Source of the DNA: Azolla caroliniana
Lineage: Eukaryota; Plantae; Polypodiophyta
Length of the DNA stretch: 64,000 nucleotides
Reading direction: 5' to 3'
Assembly: GCA_043228905.1 (NCBI GenBank)
Contig: JBHGNT010000020.1
Span: 11,718,001 to 11,782,000 of the forward strand
Made by a program: the position numbers and the translations under genes. Within the stretch, counting starts at the first letter, position 1; each line of letters opens with the position of its first letter. The notes below the pieces were generated by a model. It saw only the letters and a program-made list of their open reading frames with translations, made no database searches and was not told the origin of the DNA. Shown piece after piece: positions 26,710 to 38,813 of the stretch.

Positions 26710-26964
26710 ATGTCTACAGGCGGCGGAGCACCTGGAGGGCCACGACGCAGAAGGCTTTCTGCAAACGCAGGTGGGAACAGCAATGGCCATGGCAACGGTG
26801 GGTTTGGCAATGGCGGAGGGAGCAACATGCTTCGTTTCTACACAGACGATGCCCCTGGCCTCAAGATCACCCCTACTGTCGTCCTCGTCATGAGCGTGTG
26901 TTTTATCGGTTTTGTCAGTGTCCTTCACGTTGTTGGAAAGCTCTATAGCTATCGATCTGCCTAG
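26710..26964 (+). CDS. SEC61B: Protein transport protein Sec61 subunit beta
   Basis: Gly/Arg-rich N-terminus, conserved [38 protein letters not shown], and a C-terminal TM anchor. Confidence 0.96.
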   Translation: MSTGGGAPGGPRRRRLSANAGGNSNGHGNGGFGNGGGSNMLRFYTDDAPGLKITPTVVLVMSVCFIGFVSVLHVVGKLYSYRSA

Positions 26965-28019
26965 AGCAGATTGAAAAAAGAGAAAGAAGAAACAGAAATA
27001 AAATCAGATTGGCCTTGAAAGAAAGAAAGTAGTAGATCTGGCCAAAGAGAAAGAGAGTAGTAGTAGATCTGTTATAAGAGAAGAAGTACATCTGTTTAAG
27101 TGAAATCAAACATGTTTAGAACAAAAAGCAGCAGCCTTGAATTAGTCCAATTTTGATGAAAAGAAAAAATTATCTACACTTTCAGATCAGGGCTTTGCTT
27201 TTGGTACTGAAAACAATAATTAGTCTTTGTTAGATACTCTACTGTATTTTGTGGCTAAAAGCCATGGATCTTTTATATATTTATTTTCATCAGCATGGCT
27301 CCATATGCATTGCCAATTGTATTTTCATCATCTTATATATCAAGATTGGGTATTGCTAAATCCTTTGCATTCTTGTGAATGAAGGTTTTCCCAATTTCGT
27401 TCTTTGTTGATTTGTTATGTTTTCTCGTCTATTATATTCCTAGATGTTTGTATGTGTGGAGACTGAATCCACTCCACTGAATCCATGGTTTTCTATTGAT
27501 GATTTTACATTGCTAGATGTTTATCATACATGTTCCTGTGAATTCTTATTATGCATTTTCATCTCATAGTTGAGTTGATGGGTATATGCCTAAATCTTTT
27601 ACATTCCTGTGAATTAATATTGCTAATCTCTTGCATCCTTGCTTTTTGTTTGCCTGATGAATGTATTTCTAGATACTATTTGTTATATTATCTCTGAATC
27701 CATGGACGATGTTTATTATTGTTATCGTCACATATTGGAAGTAGGTATTGATTAAATGTTGGATCTTTGGGAATGCGTATATTTGCTTCTTATGAAATCA
27801 CTGCAAATTACTTGCCTTCTTTCTTCATGGTTATATGATGGTCACCAAGTACTTAATTAAGCAACTTTGCTAAATCAAATACCACAAATTTATATCAATT
27901 TTCTGATTTGTACTTAAAAATCTTTTTGAATCTTGCAAGTTTTTTTATTTCCATCATGAAAGTAAATAAGCAAATTGTCGCAACATAAAAATTATGGATC
28001 TATGTACATGAATGAACTC

Positions 28020-28093
28020 TTTTTGTGTACATGCCACTTCTTTTGGTTTTTGTGTACATGCCACTTCTTTTTGTGTACATGCCACTTCTTTTG
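28020..28093. repeat. Short tandem repeat x3
   Basis: ttttgtgtacatgccacttctttt occurs three times. Confidence 0.8.
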
Positions 28094-28294
28094 GTGTTTG
28101 CAGTACAATGATATACACTGGATCCTGTAATGCTGTTTTATAGAAATATGATCTGATTTATATGAATAAGCTACAGATGTGTGGATATGACTGATATGTT
28201 TGTGGGTTTGCTGCCAAATCCTTCTTTTTTTTGTAAGTTGCCCTCTTCTTTATATGTTTTTGATTATATGTTTTATAATAAATTTGACCTATGT

Positions 28295-28436
28295 TGAAAA
28301 CCGAAACCGAACCAGGAAACCATAGTTTTTATGGTTTAATGGGTTTAACGGTTTCTTGGTTCGGTTCAGGTTTCAAAAATTTTAAACGGTTCGGTGTGGA
28401 CCCTCTCAAACTGAACCGAACCATTGCCGATTGTTA
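28295..28436. mobile_element. Truncated family-B MITE (right end only)
   Basis: AACCG/CGGTT repeats ending in ccattgccgattgtta. Confidence 0.65.
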
Positions 28437-28438
28437 GG

Positions 28439-28562
28439 CCTTAGATAAATAGATACATCATACATAGAACAAATAGACAAGGAGATATAGGAGATAGCCT
28501 TAGATAGATAGATACATCATACATACAACAAATAGACAAGCAGATATAGGAGATAACCTAGT
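28439..28562. repeat. About 59-bp tandem duplication
   Basis: ccttagata.atagatacatcatacata.aacaaatagacaag.agatataggagata occurs twice. Confidence 0.8.
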
Positions 28563-30235
28563 ATAACCATGGAAGTTGTTCTATATATAAGATGCTTTAA
28601 AATTAAAACAATGCCTTGGAGGATGGTTGTATTGTAATTATAAAAAATAGCGGGGTAATAATCAAGACAAGCTCTCCTTGACCCCAAAAATATATAGCTT
28701 TCTCTATCCATGCAATTTGTTTGATTGTGCGTCCCCGCAGGTGTTTGTTTATACATACCATTGTCTTCTTTGAGCAATCCGAAACATAGACATTGAGGGA
28801 ACAATATCTAATTTCAAAAACAAAACATGAACATTCCATTTCCCGAAACCTACACTAATTTGGATGCGTGTTCTACCCGCATGTGTGGGGGGTCATAAAA
28901 GGAACAAATTTGAATTCCTATAATCTAGACGACTTTCTTTCCCATGGTCTTGGTTCTCACACACTCTGAGCGCGAGATTACAATTTATCATCTTATCCTT
29001 CTTATCACTGTATAACCTTTTTATCCCAAATTTCCATGCATTATTTTTCAAGTTACACATATTTGTCTCCATTTACTCATGGTCTTTTAACCAATCCACA
29101 GTGTATCTAGATACATGACATGTACAGATGTTGTTGATATTATATAGCATAATGGAGGATATGGCAAGAATACGTTGCACAACGCTATGGGGACTAGCTT
29201 CAATGAGGCTCAACTTCATCTAAAAGAGTGTGGATTTGTTCCAATAGATCAAGATCATCTTACACAATCTCATTATGGTGAATGTTGATTAACAATGTCT
29301 TGATATCCTACACATGTTTTCATGCACAAAGATTTTGGATGATTGATACATACATTCAAAAACCGACACATTAGAGTGCATGGCATGTTTGGGTGCATGT
29401 GAGGTAGCTATAACCACCCCTTTACAATTTCACTCGCTCACTCACAACCAACAAACTTAGACCTAAGAAGATTGAATGATTCATGATCCATGTTTGGATC
29501 ATTGTGGTCAGCTATTATACCTTGAAGAATTGAGATATCTATATACCATGACACACAAAACCTACATATTCTTACATAAAGTTCTTGGTATGTATACAAC
29601 CCTATTTAAATTATATTGCATGTCCTCGATATATTCAAATGGTTTCATGAGTCTTTAAAAATATCCAACCATCATGCTACATGCAGTTTACCTCGTCCAA
29701 CATGTAGTCTACATTATGTTTACCCAAATCAAAGAGTGCCAACAACCAATTTCACCTGTGGTTCAGTGGGTCCAATTGGGCTTGGAAACTCTCAACTCAT
29801 TGCTAATGTTGTCCTCTAGGCTGATACTTAGGGCAAGGAATAGAAGATATATTCTAGTGTCCATGATGAGGTCAAATTTGAGCTATGGGACCAAATCAAC
29901 ATATCATCTTGTATATGCAACTCCTTCCAAAGGGATGGTTTGAAACAAACAACCTTGGAACCCTCCATATTGTCATAAAACAACCATATATTATGTACAG
30001 AGCGAGAAAACCATCAAACTCCAATTGCATGGAGAAGCTATCTGGTCACTGGAATGGCCAGTTTTCATAGGGTCGAATGCATGAATCCCTAGCCCGATCT
30101 GGTGCGCTAATCTTGCAAGCGTGAGCCCCAGGTGGTGGTCGCCTGTACCTTGATCTGTGTCCCATCCCTTGCTCATTGGCCTAGTCTCGTTCACTCGCAC
30201 CCCCCAAGTCTCAATCTAGTGAAAGTTGTTCGTAG

Positions 30236-30448
30236 CATAGTATGAACCATACGTGCATTCGCGTTCAAGAAGGTTTCAATCATTCGAGTATGGTAAAAAC
30301 CCTCGAAGTATGGTGTAATTTAAAAATTAATACCATATACTTTTGTATTCAAAATTTTAGAAAGAGACGGAAGAATGTTTTGATAACATACGCATTCGTT
30401 TGAAAAAAGAATGTTTGCATTCGAGCATATTACGTAGTACGTACTATG
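30236..30448. mobile_element. MITE-like element, family A
   Basis: catagtatg...cgtactatg termini with imperfect 8-bp flanks gttcgtag/gttcctgg. Homologous to 5691-5960. Confidence 0.6.
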
Positions 30449-30784
30449 GTTCCTGGTCAGTCAATGGTGGGGTTTTTCTAGGGTTTAAGCAAATTATGTC
30501 TGTGTGTGTGCATTTATGTCATTTTCTCTGTCTCTCTCTGCCTTTTTAGGGTTTTGCATTGTGGAAGCTTTTGTATTGAATCTAGAGGTTTTAGGGTTAG
30601 GGTATCTAATCTTTTTGAAATTTCTCTCTGTTCCCTCAAAAAACCCTATTTCTGATCTCACTCTGGTTTTTCTTTCACCCCCATCCCCACCCCCCACCCC
30701 CTCCATTTCCTTTTTTTTCTTATTTCTTCTGAGCTCTCTCTGTTCTGTTTTTCTGCTTCAGCTTTCATGGTAGTTTAATTAGCT

Positions 30785-32794
30785 ATGGCGTCAACCCTAT
30801 TCACTGCCACTCTCCCTCTTCTCCTTAAGAAACGCCCTTTGATTTCTTCCTTTCTCTTCCTCCTCCTCCTTTACTTCACACCCGTGCTCCTCTCCATTAC
30901 GTTGCTCTGTGGCCTTGCTCTGTTTGCTTACTCTGTTCTTTCTTCTTCTTCTTCAGGGGAGAAGGAGAAGAAGGAGAAGAAGGAAGGAAACACTACATGG
31001 TTGGGATGGATTGAAGGGCTGGATAAAGCTGGAAGATCATGGATAGAAAAGAAGCTAAAAGAAGAAGGGATTCCTCTCTCTGACAGACCTAGTTTAGAGA
31101 CACTCATGGACCTCATTCAAAGCTCTTTTGGTGATGTCTTAGCCATCAATCCTCTTCAATTTAACGCCCACAATCCTGCTACAAAAGACTCTGCAGCTCA
31201 GAAAAATGATGTAAAGCATGTCACATTTGCCTCTCAGATAGCTCGCTCACAGAGCCCCTCAACAAGGAACCCTAAAGTTAGTGATGGATTTACTACTGTG
31301 GAGCTTGTTAAAGAACCTCTCAAGAAGAATCCTCACCATGCTGATTCCGGCATCCTTCGGGCCGAGAGAACCCGATCTCTGGCGATCCGGCCCGACGATC
31401 AAGTAGCCGACAAAGCCCGGCATCTGAAATTGCCACATGAAGATGATGATCTTGCGGGCCATCGTGCCAGGAAAACCCAATCTCCAAGAAACCCTAACCA
31501 TGGAGATACCAGCTTGGATCATGCCGAGGAAACCCTGGCTCCAATGATCCCTACTGTTGACAATGCCACCCGGAGAAGCCCGGCATCTAAGATCCCAATT
31601 GCCGAGAATCCCGCCAAGAAGAGTAGAACCCCCAAGATTCTGTCTGGAGACATCGGCCAGGAAATTGGAACCTTGAAAAAGATTCCCGTCGAAGATGTCG
31701 CGAATGGAACTAAGCTTCCGAAGAAGATTCCATCCGACAATGGTGTCATAGCCATTGCCGAGAAAACTCGGGACCTAGGCATCCCATTGCATGCACCGGA
31801 GGGAGCAGGAATCTCGAAGATTCCACGCAACGACGACGGCGACATCGATCACACAAAACAAGGTATGTCTTCGAAGACTCCGTTTGTCAATGATGTCACT
31901 CGATTAGGTTTTTCCTCGAAGATTCAGGCCAATGATGTGACTGAATTAGGTATATCCTCGAAGATTCGGGCCGATGATGTGACTGAATTAGGTATATCCT
32001 CGAAGATTCGGACCGTTGATGTCACTGAATTAGGTATATCCTCGAAGATTCGGGCCGGTGATGATGATGATGACGATGGTATCGCTAAGAATGGTATGTT
32101 TCCAAAGGTTCCGATTATCGATGAACATGGTACCGAGAAGACGGCCAAAGCTCCGAGAAATCTTCCTCATTCTCCAGTTGCCACTACTCCTCCCCGGTTC
32201 GCATCGATCCTCCCTAAAACAAGCCCGGCAAGCAAACTGCTCGAAGTTTCTCGACGGATCTTTCAGAAGGATGACACCAAATTAGCTTCTCGGATGATGC
32301 CGTCTTCATCGCCGAATGTGATAGATGACGCCCAATCCTCCTCCAAACCCTCAAATGGGGGGCTGGCTTCGAGCAAAGGCTTCTCGATGAAAGCTCCGAG
32401 CTCGAGGAAGATTCTAGAAGCTTGTAGGATGTTCTCCTCCCCGAAGGACGAGACCAAAGTGTTAGGGACAATGCCATCCCCTAGGGTTTCCATGGATGGA
32501 TCCCCCAAGGGTGTGGAATCGAGGAAGAAGGCCGATGAAGGTAATAAGGCGACGGAAGAAATGAGAGACTCGGGGAAGCCGCGCGGGGTGTCGAGAGTGT
32601 CGGGAAATAAGCTACAACATAAGCTATTGAGTAGGAGCTTGAAAGGAGAAGTTTGTGGGAGCGAAAGCAAAGGGAATGTGGAGAAGAGGCCATTCGTGGG
32701 CGACGGTGAAAAGCTTGAAGAGGATCGGGATGATCTTGTCGCATCGAAGAAACCATCTCCGAATGCTCGAAATGGGAAGAGAGAGAGAACCTAA
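30785..32794 (+). CDS. Uncharacterised 669-aa protein with an N-terminal hydrophobic membrane anchor and a long disordered S/P/K-rich tail
   Basis: Uninterrupted ORF with good start context (gctATGG). Hydrophobic stretch at about aa 19-52, pyrimidine-rich leader, and in-frame 14-aa repeats. Confidence 0.75.
   Translation: MASTLFTATLPLLLKKRPLISSFLFLLLLYFTPVLLSITLLCGLALFAYSVLSSSSSGEKEKKEKKEGNTTWLGWIEGLDKAGRSWIEKKLKEEGIPLSDRPSLETLMDLIQSSFGDVLAINPLQFNAHNPATKDSAAQKNDVKHVTFASQIARSQSPSTRNPKVSDGFTTVELVKEPLKKNPHHADSGILRAERTRSLAIRPDDQVADKARHLKLPHEDDDLAGHRARKTQSPRNPNHGDTSLDHAEETLAPMIPTVDNATRRSPASKIPIAENPAKKSRTPKILSGDIGQEIGTLKKIPVEDVANGTKLPKKIPSDNGVIAIAEKTRDLGIPLHAPEGAGISKIPRNDDGDIDHTKQGMSSKTPFVNDVTRLGFSSKIQANDVTELGISSKIRADDVTELGISSKIRTVDVTELGISSKIRAGDDDDDDGIAKNGMFPKVPIIDEHGTEKTAKAPRNLPHSPVATTPPRFASILPKTSPASKLLEVSRRIFQKDDTKLASRMMPSSSPNVIDDAQSSSKPSNGGLASSKGFSMKAPSSRKILEACRMFSSPKDETKVLGTMPSPRVSMDGSPKGVESRKKADEGNKATEEMRDSGKPRGVSRVSGNKLQHKLLSRSLKGEVCGSESKGNVEKRPFVGDGEKLEEDRDDLVASKKPSPNARNGKRERT
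31892..32059 (+). repeat. 42-bp coding tandem repeat x4 (DVTELGISSKIRxx)
   Basis: gatgt(c/g)actgaattaggtatatcctcgaagattcgg... repeated in frame. Confidence 0.9.
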
Positions 32795-33028
32795 ACATGT
32801 TAATAATCTCCTCCTCTTCATTGTCATCATCATCATCATCATCATCATGGTCGTGATCTTCGGACAATGGCAAACATAACACAACATCAACACCCTTATG
32901 CTATGCGAGTAGTGATGGCCTAATATCATCACAAATTTTTTGTTCTATGTTTTGTCTTTTTTTTGGGATGAAAAAGGATGGTAACATTATGAAAGCTCTT
33001 TTTTTTTATCGTTGGGCGGGCTTGGTAT

Positions 33029-33030
<2 letters not shown>

Positions 33031-33086
<56 letters not shown>
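33031..33086. repeat. (AC)n microsatellite
   Basis: Perfect dinucleotide run. Confidence 0.95.
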
Positions 33087-33088
<2 letters not shown>

Positions 33089-35599
33089 ATATATGTATGT
33101 ATGGAGGGAGATTGCTCAATATTTTCACCTCCTCTTTGGTAAATGATATATTTGTTGTTGAATTCTTGTACTAGAAATGGCGGTAAATACTTTGCAACTT
33201 GAGTTCTACTTCAGAGATACATTTTTCACGTTTATGTTTTGAGGTTCAATCAAGAGATCTCAAGATTGCCAGGGGAGAAAACTCCAACCTTGAGCTATGC
33301 TCTCATTCACATAGGTATGGAGATCCCCTCGAGGATGCCCTTACATGCGCACACTAAATATATCCTTGAAAGAATGCCATCTAAAGATGGTCTTTATTAT
33401 TAGTGAGTTAAAATGGGTTACAATTAAGGTGCTTTTCCTTTGGCCACACCTTACCCTAATTACAATGTGGCGATCTCAACATGTCGTTGAACCATGGTAT
33501 CTCTCTTAATGCCTCCATTGGGTGTCCTTACATGGGATGGGGCCTTACATGGGGTGTGTTGGCATGAGTCCTCATGATTATGTGGTGGTGTGGAGACACA
33601 TGCTACTTGTCAATACACTTACCTTTGCGTTTGTGCATGAACTCTTCTACCATGTCTCTGTGGAGATCCATCCACTATCCCACATGCCTCCCTTTCTCTT
33701 AACTCCTTGCATTGGTCATACTTGATTGGATAAATGCTCCCTTGTTGCCTTTCTAGGGCTTGGTCCTCAGATTAATAAACCATTTATGTTATGCTCATAT
33801 CCAATCATCCTAGCATTTCTACATTCAACATCCAACAATTTGAATCCAGAGTTATTCAAATTTTAAGGTCACTAGAATAGTAGATGGAAGCTCAACTTCT
33901 AGGCTCTTATAATAGAGTAGCTATTGATTTATTGCTTTATTGAGCTATTGTCTATAGTGGAATATTACAATAAATGTTGCTTGCCAAAGTCATGTGAGGT
34001 TTAAGAAGACATTAGGTGATATAAAGTGCATAGTTAAAGCATTGACTTTGAAAAGCTCTACAAGATGGTTGTTGGTTTGAGCGTCTAGTTAAGAAATGTT
34101 TGGTCATTTGTTCAAGCTTTTTGTAATATTCAACAAACCCTAAGCATTGATGGGCAAGGAATCATAGCTAAAGACAACAAGTAACTTCCTATAAGAAAAG
34201 TATCGTACAAAGTTCTTTGGTAGACTTTGCAATATCATAGGTGCAATTTGCATGCTAAGATGCCAATGTAAGCATTTCAAGTTATGTACGATTTTAACCT
34301 TAAGACGACGCCATACATGATACTAATGCATTTGGTATGTAGAGCATGACACAAGGCATCCTTTAATACAATTGGCAATAAAATTTACATGTGTACACAA
34401 ACCATACCAAGTGTGATGGGACATCAATACACTAAAGTTTTCCAATAATGCATTTTTGGAAGAGCTTCTAGAGCTCCGACTTTGGGAAGTTCCAAGGCAA
34501 ACCAAGCATTGGTGACCATCAATAACATGGGGGTGCCTTAATTGTTATTGAAAGAACAAGTCAATCATCTCATGTTGGGCTCCTTAGACCTTTTTGGAAA
34601 AGCCCTCTCAAACTTTATGACATGTATGAAAGTATTGAGAAATTCATTAATTGATGTAGATCAAGAATCAATAGAGGGAGTAATGTAGATGACGATGAAG
34701 AAGAAATTGAGCCAAATTTTGTTTATTTTAGTTAGTCACCATTTCATGTTCACACGAGATATAAAATTGAAGACTAGGCTACAAAATCGTCATGGTTACT
34801 TTTGTGCTTTGATTATCGATATTGTAAGTTCTTATCTTTAAAAATGAAATTATTGTAATAGTGATGTAAAATTGTAAGACTATTCCTATCATAAGGTCTA
34901 TTGCATGATATGATAATCAAGTTGTATAATTAACTCTTATATCAAGAGAAATTTGAAAGAGGAGAAGTTGCATCATGTACCGGAAGACCCTTTGGAGATA
35001 TTTATCACAAAGGTAAAGTAATTTAAAGAATAGTTGGAGCTATCATGGTGGTGAGATCTAGCGTGCAATTTAGCATGAATTTTTATTCACATCGGCTTTG
35101 ATGTATGGCTTGGTCACAATGTTGGCTAGTTATGATTAAAAAACAAGAGAAAGAAAGAGAGAGATTAACATGAGTATGTATAACAAAGACAAGAGTTTAC
35201 ATTAACAATATGAATATACGATGAACAAGCATTTACAAGAGTTTGTAATGAAGGGGTATAGAATTACCGTCTCACTAGTTTGCAATCACTCTCTTCTTGT
35301 CATCGTGGATTTAGTGAGGATATAAAATATCCATTCAAATTATATATGTGACAAAGGAATTATATCACTTAGAGTTGCAAGGTTTTATATCCTTTACAAG
35401 GGAGAGTGGATTTCATTGTACACCGACACACCCAATACTTGTGGGATCACACACACATATCACATAATCGAGTTTGATATGTCAACATGACCCTTGAAGC
35501 TCAAGCGTATTGTATTGTCGAATGGTAGAAGAGCTTGGATCACTTTTATCGTTTTTGTACTTCCCCTCAAGCTTTGTAGATCTAGTAATTATAGATAGA

Positions 35600-35914
35600 G
35601 GGTCCTCGAAAATTTTCCACTCTTCTCCACACAAAGCACTTAAGCAAAGATATCCATTGATTTTTGTTGGTCCTAATATATTGAAGATTGATGTCCCCGA
35701 ATATGATTCACTCTCGAATGCAGTGATAGTACACCTTAACGTGTTTCTTTTGCATATGGAACAACACTGTGTTACTTGCAAATAAAATACCATTAAGGTG
35801 GTTGTAATATACTTGAATTGGGCGATCAATATAAATATCGAAATCCCTATGGATCCACTTGAGCCATATAGATTCACAAGTAGCGACGATTGTCATGACG
35901 TTATAAGAGGGCAT
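35600..35914 (-). mobile_element. Degenerate copia RNase H remnant
   Basis: ASNTVLFHMQKKHVKVYYHCIRE resembles the copia consensus NPVFHxRTKHIxVxYHFIRE. Confidence 0.65.
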
Positions 35915-37907
35915 AGTTTTGGGGTAAGGGGGCTTGAAACCATGAACTCCATCTTATGTTATAGTTACAACTTGCTATGACACTGCTAAGATATGCGTGA
36001 CTGCGAAATGGTGTGCATGCAAGGTAGCCAAGTAGAAGCTAGGCATGAGGTGAAGTGGTGACCATGAGTAACATGACAGTGCATTATATATAAAGAAGGC
36101 TATTTTTTTATTATAATCTTCAACCCATTCGAGTAAATCTTGTGCCTCTTCTTTGTTCATAACAACATTTCCTTTTCTTCTTATTCTCTGTTCTTCTTGA
36201 TTGTTTTTTTTTATTCATTCAAGTTTTGGTCTAGACAATTGGGACCACAATTCTCTTTTTGTCTTTCCTTTTTCTCATGAACTTTGGCAAGCATTCTTTC
36301 CATAACAAAAACAAAAGGGGTTATCTCAATTAGGTTACAAACTAAAACGAGAATTTCTTTTTCTATGACGAAAAGCTTTAGAGGCACCTCCAAACCCTCC
36401 AAAAGAACCAAAGCTCAATCTCCCATCTTCATAGTTTCGATTTTTTTTTAATAAGGTGTGCTAAATGATTCAAATGTACCCTACTTGATAAACCAACCAA
36501 TTTGCTCGAGTTGGATTGATCATAATGTTGGTAATAACGATAACACTTCGTCGTTTGCATCATTGCTAGAGAAAGGATTGCTATTATTGGAAGACTATAA
36601 TAGCAGGCTGCGTTTCAAGCATGCTTTCGAGATTCAATTAATGTTAGAACAATGATCAACAAGATCAGAAGATTGACATGAGGAGATAATTTATTTAAAC
36701 CTCATCTTATGCCACGGATTTTCGTGTTCTTGCATTTAGTATCCTATTTGATGGGGAGGCATTGATGGATTAGTTTTGGCACAATCTTAGAATGATGTCA
36801 AGGATCACTAAAGCCATTTTGTTGGAAAATCTAGAACAATTAGTGTTAGCCCCTGTCACAACACAACGAATCTATTAAATACGTAATTAGTGAGGATTGA
36901 ACCTGATGCAACCTCACGGCTACAAGATGTCATGCTCAGCCATTTTGATATGAGCATGCGTTTGTATATAATTGTTTAGTATTCTATAGTCTAGCATATA
37001 ATACATTTCAGAATCAGAATATTCTAGTCAGTAGTATATTCTAGAAATATTGTACGACATATTCTAGACGAGTATATTCTAGAGATATTTCTCGAATATA
37101 TTCTAGAGATAGTCAATCTTGGAACATGTATAAATACTTGTAACCTCCTTGGTTCCTTTCAAGGGATTCAACACCACACTAATCATTGACACATCAATCT
37201 AGTATTCTCGTTTCGCCTCATCTTTGTCTCTTTGATCTTTATTTCTGTCTTCATGCCCTCATGTCGCTCACAACATCTAGAGTTCCTAGCCTCGTCACAT
37301 CTAGCTCCAAGTTCATCCGTCGCTCGTAGCCCCATCATCTGTGCTCCGTCCTAGGCGTGTTCGTGACAGTTTGAATCCCTTCCAATTGGAAGCACCACCC
37401 GTCTTCGTCATCATCTTTGCTTCTAGAGTTACCATCATCACCGTCCTTGATTCCGGAGTTACCATCATCAACATCCTTGTCTTTGATGTCATCATTTTCA
37501 GCACCTCTTTGCCCAACCATCGTCGTCATCAACATAGTTACTTGTCATCATTTTTGGGTATCATTTTGCATCACAGTTTTGGTTAGGAGTGCTTTCGATC
37601 GCTCACCTTCCTAGTTCCGGTGGGGTCAGAACCACTCACTTTCCTGGTGGGGATCATATCATTGCTTGCTTGCACTGCATTTTCGTTATAGTTCAAGTCT
37701 CGCGCCACTTTCCGTTGGCGAGGACCAATTTCGATCGCTCACCTTCTAGTTTCGGTGGGGGTCACAACAACTCACTTTCCTGGTGGGGATTGCGTGGGTT
37801 TCTCGCTACTACTACCGTTTGTGCCGTGTCTTGGGTCAACCTCGACTATTTACCCTCTCACAATTGAAGAAGTCGAGTCGACCACTTCACTTGCACTCTT
37901 TCCCCGT

Positions 37908-38428
37908 TGTTGTTCTAGTTCTCAGTGAGGGCTGCATGGTCACTCACGTTCGTTCGTGTTCTAGTTCTCGGTGAGCCGTATGGTCTCTCATGTCCGTTCG
38001 TGTTCTGTTCTCGGTGAAGGCCGCATGGTCTCTCACGCCCATTCATGTTTAGTTCTCGGTGAGGGCCGCATGGTCACTCATGCCCTTTCATGTTTTTGAT
38101 GAGAACCGCACATGGTCGCTCACGTTCCAGTTCTCGATGAGGGTCACACATGGTTGCTCAAGTCCGTTCGTGTTCCAGTTTTTGGTGCGGGCCACATGGT
38201 CACTCACGCCCGTTCGTGTTCAGTTCTTGGTGAGGACCACATGGTCGCTCACGCCCGTTGGTCTTTGTGTTCCAACTATCGGCGAGGACTGACATTGTCT
38301 CTCATGCTTGTTGGTGTTCGTGTTCCCTGTGAGGACCGCACATGGTCGCTCACTCCAACTATTGTTTTTGTTCCGGATCCTGGCGAGGACCGACATGGTT
38401 GCTCATGCCTGTTGCTATTCATGTTCCA
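37908..38428. repeat. About 44-bp degenerate tandem array (about 11 copies) inside the LTR element
   Basis: Consensus gttcgtgttccagttctcggtgagggccgcatggtcactcacgccc. Confidence 0.85.
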
Positions 38429-38813
38429 ATTCCCATCCACCTCTACACCACGCTTTTGAAAAGGCGGCCGTAAAGGGGAGGATAATGTCACGACACAACG
38501 AATCTATTAAATATGTAATTAGTGAGGATTGAACCTGCACCCTCACACCTACAACATATCATGTTTAACCATTTTGATATGAGCATGCATTTGTACATAA
38601 TGGTTTAGTATTCTATAGTCTAGCGTATAATACATTTCAAAATTAGAATATTCTAGAAATATTGTACAACATATTCTAGATGAGTATATTCTAGAGATAT
38701 TCAATCTCGAAACATGTATAAATACTTGTAACCTCCTTGGTCCCTTTCAAGGGATTCAACACCACATTAATCATTGACACATCAATCTAGTATTCTCGTT
38801 TCGCCTCATCTTT

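Noticed and set aside
37908-38428. CRISPR-like appearance of the ~44-bp array
   Set aside because: Units are contiguous and degenerate with no unique spacers, there are no cas genes, and the context is a eukaryotic LTR element.
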